From positions 35,146 to 99,145 of IMG/VR virus record IMGVR_UViG_2933096044_000001: a stretch of 64,000 nt of DNA. One strand, given 5' to 3'. Positions 17,796 to 27,631 of the stretch are shown here, in pieces. Source of the stretch: a virus. Its lineage: Duplodnaviria; Caudoviricetes. The position numbers and the translations under genes are program-made. The stretch's first letter is position 1. Every line of letters starts with the position of its first letter. The notes below the pieces were generated by a model. It saw nothing but the letters and a program-made list of their open reading frames with translations. It did not search any database and was not told where the DNA came from.

Positions 17796-19115
17796 CTATT
17801 CATCCCTATCCCTAGCGCTCTCAACCGCGCCCAGGATGGGCGGACCCTGTGCGTCTTGCGACTCTTTTGGCAATATCACAATCGCGGGCGTGGGCATCGA
17901 AACGCCCCAGGGCGGAACGTCCCAGGACGATACATTTTCAAAGTTAAGTTGTCCGCCATTAAACATGACCCTAGTAAATGACATCACAGTACCGGCGAAG
18001 CTGGCTTTAAAGAAGTTGACTACAGCTCCATCAAAGACTGTCCTGAGAAAGGTAATTGTCCCACCGAGGAACTTTGCGTTCCGAAAGGAGACTTCGCCAC
18101 TGGCGAAAGTGGCCCCACCAAAGGAAACCTGGGCACCAGAGAAGATCGCATCAGTGAAGAAGAACTTCTTCGCAGCGAAGGTTCCATAATCAAAGAAGAC
18201 TCGACCACTTACGAAATCCGCGCCGCTGAACATCACCCTCTGACTGATGAAGGTCGCACCACTGAAAGAGATTGTCGCGCCGGAGAACACCGCTCGCATG
18301 AAGTGTGTAGTTTCACCAGCGAAAGTCGCCTTATCGAAGGAGACATGACCACCCGAAAAGATCGATCGGCTGAAATTCGCGGCATCAAAGACGACGCCGG
18401 TGAAATCCAGGTCGTGTCCCTGCCAGGAAATTGAGGCGCCCTCAAGCAGATGTGCGGCGATGAGTCGGACAATGGTAAGGCGGACTTCGCGCAGTCCAGC
18501 AAAGGCCAGTTGGTCAGGTTCGGAAGCATCCTTCCCAGGATCGGGGGCGTACGGCATGCGAAGGTATGCACACAGCACGTCGATGCAGGTCTGGCGCAGC
18601 TCACGAGTGGGAGCATCATCGGCCAGGCCCGCTAGGGCATGCACGCCGGCCAGACGGACCGCAGGCGAGTCGTGACCGAGTTGCCCAGCCGCCGTGGCAA
18701 AGCGCTCGTTGTGCAACTTCGTGGTTTCCCGTTGCTCGGCCCGATGCGCACGATCCTCGCCCTGCCTGTCCAAGTCATGCGCGGCCTCGGCCAGCTGCTG
18801 GGCCGCCTCGCCTACTTTCTGCCGCCGATATGCCACCACGAGCGCTACCAGACCGCCCAGACCAGCCACCGCGGCGAACGCGATCTTGAGCAGGTCAAAC
18901 AGTGTCGTGGCGCTCACCTGGGCTTCCGGCTTCAACCCCTGCACGCCGAGCAAAGCGAGCCCGCCGACGATGAGCACCGTCAGCAACGCCACCGCGGCCC
19001 CGGACACCAACGCGAGCGCTCGCCCAATCCTCATCAAGCGTAGGCCCGGCAGCGCCTCCGGTTCCTGTCGCTTGCTTGCTTGCTGGTTCTGGTCTGGCTT
19101 CTCTACTTCCCCCAT
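17796..19115 (-). CDS. membrane-anchored pentapeptide-repeat protein (moron-like)
   Basis: two TM helices, RF..A..QLG..S.AVRL.G..AL..LAD, F..A.F repeats; lower GC. Confidence 0.85.
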   Translation of the reverse strand: MGEVEKPDQNQQASKRQEPEALPGLRLMRIGRALALVSGAAVALLTVLIVGGLALLGVQGLKPEAQVSATTLFDLLKIAFAAVAGLGGLVALVVAYRRQKVGEAAQQLAEAAHDLDRQGEDRAHRAEQRETTKLHNERFATAAGQLGHDSPAVRLAGVHALAGLADDAPTRELRQTCIDVLCAYLRMPYAPDPGKDASEPDQLAFAGLREVRLTIVRLIAAHLLEGASISWQGHDLDFTGVVFDAANFSRSIFSGGHVSFDKATFAGETTHFMRAVFSGATISFSGATFISQRVMFSGADFVSGRVFFDYGTFAAKKFFFTDAIFSGAQVSFGGATFASGEVSFRNAKFLGGTITFLRTVFDGAVVNFFKASFAGTVMSFTRVMFNGGQLNFENVSSWDVPPWGVSMPTPAIVILPKESQDAQGPPILGAVESARDRDE

Positions 19116-19236
19116 GTAGTGGCATCAGCGCAGATCGCGCTGTTGTTACGTCGCCGCCTGTCACACGGGTGGATGTGCTTCTGCCTTCATAGGCGAAACG
19201 CCAGACGCGCACCCACAGTGCCGCAATACTCACCGT

Positions 19237-19626
19237 ATGAACACCCCATGCGACGGCATCGCCACCAACGAACCAGCGATCGGATCGCCAGAGCTCGAAC
19301 GACTTCTGAAGGCGAACCATGAACTTTGGAAGAACGCCAGGATATGCGCGAGGCTTGCGGCCAAAGCCAACCCTGCCGGACTACCTGTCAGCGACGGCTA
19401 CATCGATGCGCTCGACCAGTTCAACACCGCACTCGCGGACCGTGGGGTCCACATTGTTCGCGAAGCGTCGCGCCGCTACATCAGCACGTTCGACCTCCTC
19501 AGCGGGCGCATCCCTGCTGATGCGGCCGGAGGCGCGCTCCTCGATGCCGTCGTTACCCTCGGCCTCGCGCTGAAGTCCGTGGACAACGCACGCACCAAGG
19601 TTCCCCCCGGTGAGCGCATGCTCTGA
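19237..19626 (+). CDS. hypothetical protein
   Basis: intact ORF. Confidence 0.4.
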   Translation: MNTPCDGIATNEPAIGSPELERLLKANHELWKNARICARLAAKANPAGLPVSDGYIDALDQFNTALADRGVHIVREASRRYISTFDLLSGRIPADAAGGALLDAVVTLGLALKSVDNARTKVPPGERML

Positions 19627-19697
19627 CGACATCCGAGTGGTACGGCCTGAGCGGGGGAGAGATCGGTGACCAGTTCGCGACAGGTCACCGACTTTCG

Positions 19698-20672
19698 TCA
19701 TTCCAGCGCCGACGCCACCAACTGTGACGGGTCGCGCTCCAGTTGGCGTCCGGAGTGCACGTAACCCATGGTGGTGTCCATGGATTCGTGATCAAGTGCT
19801 TCCTTGATCTCGAATGGGTCCGCGCCCAGTTCCGCAGCCAGCGACGCCCACGTGTGCCGCAGCACATGTGCGGTGACCTTCGCGAGGATGCCGGCCTGAC
19901 GGCCGATGCGCGTCACCAGGGCCGACGCTGACGACCGGTAGAAGCGGCCTCCCGTGTCGGTCACGAAGATCCGCCCGCTGAGCTGTGACATCTCGACGCC
20001 GGCGCGGCGCGCCCGGTCCTCCAGATACCGGTCGAGCGCGTATCCGGTCTCCACTGGGAGGCGGCGCTTCTTCGGCTTGGTGCCCTTGCCGACGATCCGC
20101 AGCGTCCGCAGCCCGCGCTCATGCCCGAGCGCGCTCAAGTCGGCGGAGATCGCTTCTTCGATCCGGATCCCGGTGTGCAGCAGGACTCGGATGAATGCCG
20201 AGGTGCGCAGCCGGGCCGGCCCGTGGTCGCTGTCGGCCGCCGCCACCAGGGCGCGGGCCTCGTCCCGCGTGAGCGCGGTCGTCTCGGAGTACCCTCGTGA
20301 CACCTTCGGCCTACGGGTCCGCTTGAAGCGGTTGGCGTCGATGATCTCCTCGTCGGCGAGGTACTCGTACCAGGACGACACAGCCGAGATGCGGCGCTGC
20401 ATGGTCTTCGGCGGGACCGGCTTTCCAGCCTGGAGTTCGAGCCACCGCTTGTAGACGTCGCCGTGGGACTTACGCGCCTTCAGCGGGTCGAGGCCGGTCT
20501 CGCCGCAGAACGCGAACCACCGCTCGATCTCCAGCCGGTAGGCGTCGCGGGTGTTCTTCGAGTCGAAAGACAGCAGCCACGCCATCGTCGCGTCCTGGGC
20601 GAAGCCCAGCAGAGTCGACGGGAAGGCGATCCTCCCGGCTCCGCTCGGCTCGCGAATCAACTCAGCGGTCAT
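19698..20672 (-). CDS. Xer-like tyrosine recombinase
   Basis: SAM-like N-domain; TGIRIEE, GKG.K, HVLRH, LDH.S..TT..Y; no arm-binding domain. Confidence 0.92.
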   Translation of the reverse strand: MTAELIREPSGAGRIAFPSTLLGFAQDATMAWLLSFDSKNTRDAYRLEIERWFAFCGETGLDPLKARKSHGDVYKRWLELQAGKPVPPKTMQRRISAVSSWYEYLADEEIIDANRFKRTRRPKVSRGYSETTALTRDEARALVAAADSDHGPARLRTSAFIRVLLHTGIRIEEAISADLSALGHERGLRTLRIVGKGTKPKKRRLPVETGYALDRYLEDRARRAGVEMSQLSGRIFVTDTGGRFYRSSASALVTRIGRQAGILAKVTAHVLRHTWASLAAELGADPFEIKEALDHESMDTTMGYVHSGRQLERDPSQLVASALE

Positions 20673-20896
20673 GAGCCGACCGTGGGGTCAGTGAGAGTCA
20701 GCTCTAGCATCGCCCCATCTGGCGCGTGTATCTGATAGCGGACCTCGCCGCGGTGAACCAGGTGCGCCAGCACGATGTGGAAGTCAGCTTCAGGGCCGGA
20801 GAAGAGTTCGGCGAGCTTGGCGGCTAGGGCTGCGAGATGAGGCGGAGGCGCTGAGGCGGGGCGACTGTCGCCGTGAGGGATGTGGTCTTCGCTCAT
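20669..20896 (-). CDS. small hypothetical protein coupled to recombinase
   Basis: ATGA overlap with recombinase. Confidence 0.45.
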   Translation of the reverse strand: MSEDHIPHGDSRPASAPPPHLAALAAKLAELFSGPEADFHIVLAHLVHRGEVRYQIHAPDGAMLELTLTDPTVGS

Positions 20897-20946
20897 GGCC
20901 GTCCGTTTCGAGAGGGGATGTGCTCTCGACCCTACCGGAAACGATC

Positions 20947-20974
20947 TATGGACATAACATGGATTATGACCACT
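20947..20974. other. dif/res-like recombination site
   Basis: TATGGACATAA-CATGGA-TTATGACCACT: 11-6-11 layout with CATAA-N6-TTATG core. Confidence 0.75.
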
Positions 20975-21145
20975 TCTCAACGATCATGGCGTGCGACGGA
21001 ACAAGATGGTCGCTGCTGCGGGATTTGATGCCCGAACCTCGCCACCCGCTCAAGAGCGCGCGAGACAATGACACGGGCATCCTTGCCGGCCCTGAGTAGA
21101 ACGTCGGGGACGATCGACTAGGGCTCACTGCGTCAGGAGACAAGC

Positions 21146-21691
21146 ATGCAGGCGTTCGATCGAGCCATGGCGGTCTTCGATCGCCGCAGCGTCGCAATCA
21201 TCATGCTGATCGGAGTCATTGCCGCAGGCACCTTGGCGATGGGTGTTGCGATCTTCACCTGGCGACCTCCCCTATGGCTGTTCGACGGCTTCTTCGCCGC
21301 CTACGCAGTGAGTCTCGGGAGTGCACTCTGGCTCTCCTGGCGGCGAGGAACAAGACGTATCGCTCAGGCGGCAGAGGACCCCGGCGAGGTCCTTCGCGAA
21401 CGGATCTCGCACGTCAACGCTGCGTTCGCCGCGGCGGCCGTGCTGATGGATGACCTCCGTCGCGATCTCGAAGCCCAGCAGGCCGCGCGTGAAGCGCTCG
21501 TCTCCCACGCCGAGGAGCAGCAGCGACTCTTGGAGGTGAACGAGGATCAGGCCGAGAGGATTCGGCAGATTCTTGTCGGCGAGACGAAGGCAACCATCCG
21601 CGCGGAGCGGCGGCAGCAGTGGATGTTCTTCGCGCTGGGCGTGGTCGTGTCGATCCCGATCGGCGTCATGATCAACTTGCTTGTGCCGTGA
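21146..21691 (+). CDS. membrane protein with coiled coil
   Basis: 2 N-terminal TM, coiled coil, C-terminal TM. Confidence 0.6.
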   Translation: MQAFDRAMAVFDRRSVAIIMLIGVIAAGTLAMGVAIFTWRPPLWLFDGFFAAYAVSLGSALWLSWRRGTRRIAQAAEDPGEVLRERISHVNAAFAAAAVLMDDLRRDLEAQQAAREALVSHAEEQQRLLEVNEDQAERIRQILVGETKATIRAERRQQWMFFALGVVVSIPIGVMINLLVP

Positions 21692-22151
21692 TCACGAGAC
21701 CTGATGCGGCAAGCCGACCTTCCGAATCTTGGGGGGTGTACCCCCTCGGCGCGCTGCGAGGTGCGGCATGTGTCTGCCGAGTGACAAGTCCGTCGACAGC
21801 GTGGGACCGAGAGACCGCCATGATGCAGACTGAGAGATGAGGCAGCGGCGGCGTAAGGCTCCGGCCCTCCTCATTCAGGAGTGAAACCAGATACCGACCC
21901 GCGACACACCGGATCACCCCATAGAGTTTCCGTCCCCGCTAGGACAGAGCGACCCGCAGTACGGAGCCAGGACCGTAGGAAGCTTGGGATGAAGCCCGGC
22001 GAGGTGCTACGCGATGTCTGGCCTCCTGAACACCATCTCCACCGTGCTCCCTGAGTTGCGCGCCATTGCAGAGGAATTGTTCCTGCTGACAGCCCAGGTC
22101 GTCGGCTACTACGTGATCCTGCGATACCTCTGGACTCACCGGAAGTAGCTC

Positions 22152-22178
22152 GGGGCCCGCCGCTGAGCGGCGGGCCCC
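22152..22178 (-). terminator. hairpin terminator
   Basis: GGGGCCCGCCGC-TGA-GCGGCGGGCCCC at gene end. Confidence 0.6.
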
Positions 22179-22369
22179 TACATTGAGTGCCCCCGCTCGG
22201 GGAACATCTCGCCCCAGTTGAAGGACGCGCCGGTCGCGAGGGCCAGGTGCAGCCGCATGTATGCGTCGGCGACGATCACGCATGACTGGACGTACGCGTT
22301 GTCGAGGAGGTTCTTGGCGGCGTCGTCGAGGAGGTCGGCCGCCTTGGCCGCGGCCTGGTCGGGGGTCAC
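22178..22369 (-). CDS. hypothetical protein
   Basis: GTGA-coupled ORF. Confidence 0.5.
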   Translation of the reverse strand: MTPDQAAAKAADLLDDAAKNLLDNAYVQSCVIVADAYMRLHLALATGASFNWGEMFPERGHSM

Positions 22370-22605
22370 GCGTCCGCTCCGGCCGTCTCGGTCGTCTCGG
22401 TCTTCTGCGAGGCGCGGGTGTCGCCGCCGCGGTGGCGCAGCTCGGCGCCGGCTTCTTCGAGGAGACGGTGCACGAATCCGTAGCTGCGGCCGATGTTGAG
22501 GGCGATGAGACGGATCGACTCGCCGCCGGCGTACTGCTTGGCGAGCGCGTCGGCGAGCTGGGCGCGCTCGGCGCCGACGATGCGCTTATTCTTCGGAAGT
22601 TTCAC
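22366..22605 (-). CDS. small actinobacterial HTH regulator
   Basis: Y..GESIR.IA...GRSYGFVHRLL.EAG..LR.RGG. Confidence 0.8.
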   Translation of the reverse strand: MKLPKNKRIVGAERAQLADALAKQYAGGESIRLIALNIGRSYGFVHRLLEEAGAELRHRGGDTRASQKTETTETAGADA

Positions 22606-22621
22606 GAGGGGCCTTCCTGGT

Positions 22622-22855
22622 TCAGGCGGCGCGGCCGAGCTGGGCGCGCAGCTCGTCGCGGTCTTCGGGGGTCGGGGGTACGGGGTCGCCGCGCCAGATA
22701 CAGCCCTCGATCGTGGCGACGTCATCGTAGTCGTAGACGACCTCGCGGCCTGCACGGCCGAGGACGCGCGCTTGGTAGCGGCGGGCCCACTGTCGGATGG
22801 TGCCGGGTTCGCGTTCGAGCCGGTCCGCGGCTTGGCGTGCGGTCGCTGGATGCAC
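22622..22855 (-). CDS. small HTH DNA-binding protein
   Basis: TARQAADRL.R.PGTIRQWARRY...YD. Confidence 0.6.
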   Translation of the reverse strand: MHPATARQAADRLEREPGTIRQWARRYQARVLGRAGREVVYDYDDVATIEGCIWRGDPVPPTPEDRDELRAQLGRAA

Positions 22856-23429
22856 GTCTCACCTCCGCAAGGGTCGCGTTCGTGGACGTATCAGGCGATT
22901 CCGGACAGGCGAAAGCGTGAGATCGACGTGCTGTAGTCAACGCTGACAGGCGATTTCGCATGTCCGAAAGGGCAGAGATGGACGGAAAGTCGATCTTGTT
23001 AGGCGCGCTCTCAGCGCTTTGCCGAAGTTTCCGCAGGTCACGGACCTAAGCCGTGTGACAGGCACAGATCACCTGCCGACACGAAGTGTTACACAGCCGC
23101 CAGCCCGTCGCAACACGACCCGGACACCAGCAGAGAAGAGGGAAGAAACCGCCCATGTCGCAGCACGGGAAACGACCCGCCTCATCACGCACGAGGGGCC
23201 ACAATAGGGCACCAGCATGGCGACTCGTCGATCATGTGCTTAGGTGTACTTCACCAGTTGACAGTGGACGCCAGCAGTTACCATTAGAATTTCGCCGAAG
23301 AATGGCAACAATCGCCACAAAGAATCGCTAGGATGGCCTTAACTCGCCGCTTAATTGGCTCCTCGGCGACGCGACCGCCGGGGGCGACCGCGCCCCCTCC
23401 CTCAGGGAGTCAACCACGAGGAGATGACC

Positions 23430-23540
23430 ATGTTAGGTGGCGACGCCCCAGAGGACTCGGACGGTTGGGTCAGGCTGCTCCTGCTACTACAGGCGCTGCT
23501 GATCTCGCTGGACCTGTACCTCAGAGTCCAGGGGCTCTAG
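23430..23540 (+). CDS. 36-aa hydrophobic peptide
   Basis: GAGGAG RBS 23418-23423; single hydrophobic helix. Confidence 0.5.
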   Translation: MLGGDAPEDSDGWVRLLLLLQALLISLDLYLRVQGL

Positions 23541-23560
23541 CTAGACGCTAGAGCCCCTGG
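23528..23560. terminator. 14-bp perfect hairpin
   Basis: CCAGGGGCTCTAGC-TAGAC-GCTAGAGCCCCTGG. Confidence 0.65.
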
Positions 23561-23918
23561 GATAAACGAACGGCCCCGTCTCTGGTCTCCACCTACGGCG
23601 GGGTCGCTTCGTCTGTACCCACATCGTACAACCAAAATAACTACCCTGTACTATGAGATGAGGAAAACAGATTGCGGCCCCAAAAGCTCTAACGCCGGAT
23701 ATCGCAGATGCAGAAATGACTACGAGGTCACCGCAAAGATAAACATGGTGGCACTCTTCTACAAAATAAGCATCGTCGATACGGCTTCCCGCATAACGCT
23801 AACGATGCGGCTCACCTCAGAGCACTATCTCGTAGCACTTAGCGAGACACTCACATGACGGAAGCACTGCTTAACACGTAGGCAGCGAACGACATCCGCG
23901 ATCCATAACCTGCATCCG

Positions 23919-24701
23919 TCACCGATCCGCCTCCTCGGCGACCAGGCCCCGCTCCTCAACCTCGCCGACGTGCTTCCCGCACGCCCCACACACGAAGTAC
24001 CCCACCCGCGCATCCCAGCGGAGATTCCGGTCACCGCACGAGCATCGCGCCGGCGTCCAGCTCGGCGGCTCGTCCTCCACCGCCCGCCGCAGACGCCGCT
24101 CCCAGCCGAGCGCTCCCTTCACCAGCTCGGCCGGCCCGGCCGCCGCCGCAGCAAGCACCGACTCCAGGTGATCCACCAGCCACGCCACCGCCCGCGACCT
24201 CGCCACCGCACCCCGAGCACCCGACGGACGCGGCGGAAACCCCAGCACCGCCCGCGCCTGATCCTCGAACCACAGCAGCTCCCCCACCAACTCGTCGAGG
24301 AGCTCCGCGTCCGGTGACACCGCAGGCTTCGGACGCGACCCCGACACCCGCGACCAGCGCGACGCCGGACGAAGACCATCCCCCCGCGCGGCCACCACCG
24401 ACGCCAGCGCATCCACCACCAGCAACGCCCGCCTCGTCGTCGCCCGACACCTCCCACAGACGAGCGGCTCCCCCGGCCGCCACGACACCTCAGGCTGAAC
24501 CGGCTCCGCAGGCGGCTCACCCTCGGCGCCCTCCGACACCCACCGATCCACCGCATCCGCATGCACATCACGCACCCGAAGGAACGCGGCCCACACCTCA
24601 CGCGCCCTGTCGTTGCACGGCCCCACACACGCACGACCAGCCACCACGCACCACCCCTCCGGAGACGACCCAACACAGTACAAGATCAACTCCTTTCCCA
24701 A
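23919..24701 (-). CDS. Cys-rich (Zn-binding) phage protein, possible late-gene regulator
   Basis: CxxxC, CxxC, CxC...CxxC motifs; start uncertain. Confidence 0.55.
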   Translation of the reverse strand: MGKELILYCVGSSPEGWCVVAGRACVGPCNDRAREVWAAFLRVRDVHADAVDRWVSEGAEGEPPAEPVQPEVSWRPGEPLVCGRCRATTRRALLVVDALASVVAARGDGLRPASRWSRVSGSRPKPAVSPDAELLDELVGELLWFEDQARAVLGFPPRPSGARGAVARSRAVAWLVDHLESVLAAAAAGPAELVKGALGWERRLRRAVEDEPPSWTPARCSCGDRNLRWDARVGYFVCGACGKHVGEVEERGLVAEEADR

Positions 24702-24761
24702 TGAACCAAGCCAAGTGGAGACCCTGGGGGCCTTCCGGAGGGGGGTTCGAGGGCGCGCGGA

Positions 24762-24792
24762 AGCCCCGCGCGCCTGGCTGGCGCGCGGGGCT
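24762..24792 (-). terminator. hairpin terminator
   Basis: AGCCCCGCGCGCC-TGGCT-GGCGCGCGGGGCT. Confidence 0.55.
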
Positions 24793-24809
24793 CGCTGGCG
24801 TGGTTCGCG

Positions 24810-25532
24810 TTAGGCGCGTGTCCTGCGGTTCGGGCGGCGCTCCACACGTTCGCGTGCCTTCTCAGCGCTGCGCGCGTAACCGTTGATCTCGCGCAGCATG
24901 CCGTTCCGTGCGAGCTGATCCATGAGGCGTAGCGACTTCAGCGCTTCGACCACGTAGGAGGCATCCTCTTGGGCCTGTCCGGTGGCGTGCTGGCGCGCGT
25001 AGCGGGCTTCCTGGTCGTACCGGCCGAACTGGGGCGCGTCCCACGTGATCACTACCTTGCCGTTCTCCGACGTCACGCGGACGTGAAGGAGGTAGCCGCA
25101 CGTAGCGAGTAGGCGAGTGATCTCGGACGCCGCGCGCTGGACGGCTGCTAGGACGCCGGTCGGCTCCGGTTCGATCGGCTGCCGGATGTGCTCCAGCGGA
25201 ACATCATCGATGATCGCGCCGGACCGGTGCTGGTGTAGCAGGTAGGACGTGTGCAGGGACGTGCGGCACGTGTCCGTGACGTACCACACTCCGTGCAGGT
25301 GGACGGCGGGACCGTGGTACTCCACGCCGCTGCCCTGCGGCGCGTAAGCGAGTAGGGCCGCGTGGCTGGTCTGGCTGCTCATGTAGACCTCGCGCTGAAG
25401 GTCTCCGAGCACGTGGCACTCTGCGTGGTTGATGCACTTGCCGCACCCGGCGCGGTGGTCGGCAAGCTCCTGCCGTGCGGCCTGTACGGCCTCGACGGCC
25501 ACATATGCCGCGCCCCGCTTGATCGCGTTCAT
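24810..25532 (-). CDS. hypothetical protein (H/C-rich N-terminus)
   Basis: intact ORF. Confidence 0.55.
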   Translation of the reverse strand: MNAIKRGAAYVAVEAVQAARQELADHRAGCGKCINHAECHVLGDLQREVYMSSQTSHAALLAYAPQGSGVEYHGPAVHLHGVWYVTDTCRTSLHTSYLLHQHRSGAIIDDVPLEHIRQPIEPEPTGVLAAVQRAASEITRLLATCGYLLHVRVTSENGKVVITWDAPQFGRYDQEARYARQHATGQAQEDASYVVEALKSLRLMDQLARNGMLREINGYARSAEKARERVERRPNRRTRA

Positions 25533-25602
25533 GCTGGTTTCTCCCTGTGGTGGTTGGGGGTGTGGTGGGTGCCCCCGCCCCCATATGGGGCGGGGGCGGG
25601 GG

Positions 25603-26331
25603 TCACTTCTTGGGGGTCGCCTTGGGCTTGGCGGGGGCCTTCGGCTTGTCCGCGTCGACCTTGTCCGTCTCGGCCTTCTCCGCGTCGGCCTTTGCCTTGG
25701 CTTCCTCGCGGCGCGCGGCCTTCTCGTTCTTGGCCTTGGTGCGGCGCTCGACTTCGGCGCGTCCCTCGGCGCTGAGTTCCGCCATGAGGGCGGCGCGGGC
25801 GGGGTTCGTCTCCGACAGGTTCATGATCGCGTTGACCGTCTCGCGTTCCTGCGTAGACAGCTTGCTGCCCTTCTCGCCCTCGGGGGCGGGGGTGAGGGCG
25901 GCTGCGATGACCTCGAACGGGGCGGACACGTCGGGCTGGGTCGCGCGGTACAGGGCCGCGATGATCGCGCGGTCGGACTGCTCCGCCACGCCGTCCCAGG
26001 ACACGGCGGGGTGCTCGTCGTCCAACTCGTACAGAGCCGCGCCCTCAACCACGAGCGTGGACGGGGCCACGTCGCGAAGGATCGGCCACGACTTCGGGGA
26101 CGCGTCCCAACCGTGCTGAAGCGCTGCCAGCATGCCCACGAGCGGGATGCGGGCACCGTTGCAACGCCACGCGAGACGGGCGGGGCTGTTGTTGCTGTCG
26201 TCGGAGTTGATCCGGCCGGTAGCGGGGACCAGCACGGCGGGGCGGGGGGTGCCGTCCGCCATAACGGTGAACCACGTAAGCACCGTGGTCAGCGCGGCCT
26301 TGATCGCGTCCGTGGTGGGCTTGGTAGCCAT
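25603..26331 (-). CDS. hypothetical protein with Lys/Ala-rich tail
   Basis: start MATKPTT after GAAAGG RBS. Confidence 0.6.
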   Translation of the reverse strand: MATKPTTDAIKAALTTVLTWFTVMADGTPRPAVLVPATGRINSDDSNNSPARLAWRCNGARIPLVGMLAALQHGWDASPKSWPILRDVAPSTLVVEGAALYELDDEHPAVSWDGVAEQSDRAIIAALYRATQPDVSAPFEVIAAALTPAPEGEKGSKLSTQERETVNAIMNLSETNPARAALMAELSAEGRAEVERRTKAKNEKAARREEAKAKADAEKAETDKVDADKPKAPAKPKATPKK

Positions 26332-26392
26332 GAGGTGTTGCCTTTCGCTGTGGTGGGATGCCCCCGCCCAGCGGGGCGGGGGCGGGGGTTTG

Positions 26393-27169
26393 CTACTCGC
26401 CCGCGTTACCGCTGGCGTTATGTGATTCTCGACGCTCGCGCCACCTGCGTACGGCGACATAGGACGCCGTAAGGGCTGCTGTCGCGAGTAACGCGCCGCC
26501 CGTGAGCAGAAGCGGCAGATTGATTCCCTCGTCCGACACGCGGCGCATGCTGGAAGCGCTCGGAGAGTCGGACGGGTCCGGCGTGACGGTGGTGTCCGGC
26601 GCGACGGTGACGGCAGGTCCGGGCGTGCCGTTCCTGCCGTTGATGCCGTCCCTGCCGGGCGTACCGGGGTTGCCCTGCCCGCCCGGCTCACCCTGGGGAC
26701 CGGGCGAGCCTGCGGGACCGGTCGGACCGGGCTCGCCGGGCTCACCCTTCGGACCCTGGGGGCCTGCCGGACCCTGGTCTCCCTTCGGACCCTGCGGGCC
26801 TGCCGGACCCTCCGGACCCTGCGCGCCGGTCGGACCGGGCTCGCCCTGCGGACCCTGAGGACCGGGCGAACCCTGCACGCCTGCCGGACCCTGAGGACCG
26901 GGCGAACCGGCGGGGCCGGTGAGGGTCACCACGTCCATGCAGAGCGGGAACGGCATCACGGTTTTGATCACCTGGGGCGGTTCACCGGGAACGGTGATCT
27001 CCGCCGTAGGCGTCACGGTGACGCACACCGGTACTTCGGCGTACGCCGTGGTGGTCGCGCTGCTAGGCACGACTTGTGCGGCGATGGCCAGCGTTGCGGC
27101 GGCGGTCGCTGCGCTGAGAAGCGCTGCTCTCGCTGCCCTGGCCGTTGATCGGTTTCTCACGCTGCACAC
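26393..27169 (-). CDS. exported collagen-like surface protein
   Basis: signal peptide, about 30 G-X-Y triplets, C-terminal TM plus RRWRERR. Confidence 0.8.
   Translation of the reverse strand: MCSVRNRSTARAARAALLSAATAAATLAIAAQVVPSSATTTAYAEVPVCVTVTPTAEITVPGEPPQVIKTVMPFPLCMDVVTLTGPAGSPGPQGPAGVQGSPGPQGPQGEPGPTGAQGPEGPAGPQGPKGDQGPAGPQGPKGEPGEPGPTGPAGSPGPQGEPGGQGNPGTPGRDGINGRNGTPGPAVTVAPDTTVTPDPSDSPSASSMRRVSDEGINLPLLLTGGALLATAALTASYVAVRRWRERRESHNASGNAGE
26398..26417. promoter_or_regulatory. motif copy 5
   Basis: CGCCCGCG TTAC CGCTGGCG. Confidence 0.75.
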
Positions 27170-27631
27170 TCTCGTTTTTCGGATAACGGAGTGTCCAGTG
27201 TTGTCAAGTTTTCGTTATACACACGTTATAAGGCGGGGCTCCAGCTATACCCCAATACCCCATCTGGCCTGCGACAACCTACTAAGTTGGGACGACAAAC
27301 TAAGTTCCGGGCGCAGTCGAACCATGATCCACCGACCCGCGCCCAGCCGCCGCCATAGTCACCTTTGGGTGGTGTCGAGGCTGGCTGGTGCGGTGTGGTT
27401 TTGCGCGTTGTTGTCGCTTGTGAGCGCTTATGTGTGCAGGGGTTTCTCCTTGTACCGGTCTGCATGTGTTCGTGCTTGTGTGTGGACGCTGTCAGGTCTT
27501 TCGCTGGTGTTCCGTGTCTGGTCGTGGTCGAGGTTCTGCGTGTGGTCCTGTTTCATGCGAAAACCCGTCATCGACGACCAGGACGGTTGGGCCTGGGTGG
27601 GTCGGTGACGGGTTGGTGGTGGTGCTGGTGG

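Noticed and set aside
19698-20672. Classical prophage integrase marking an att boundary
   Set aside because: No arm-binding domain, internal position with phage genes on both sides, and an adjacent dif-like site
21692-23340. tRNA or structured ncRNA in intergenic gaps
   Set aside because: No cloverleaf or recognisable family seen by eye; would need Infernal or tRNAscan
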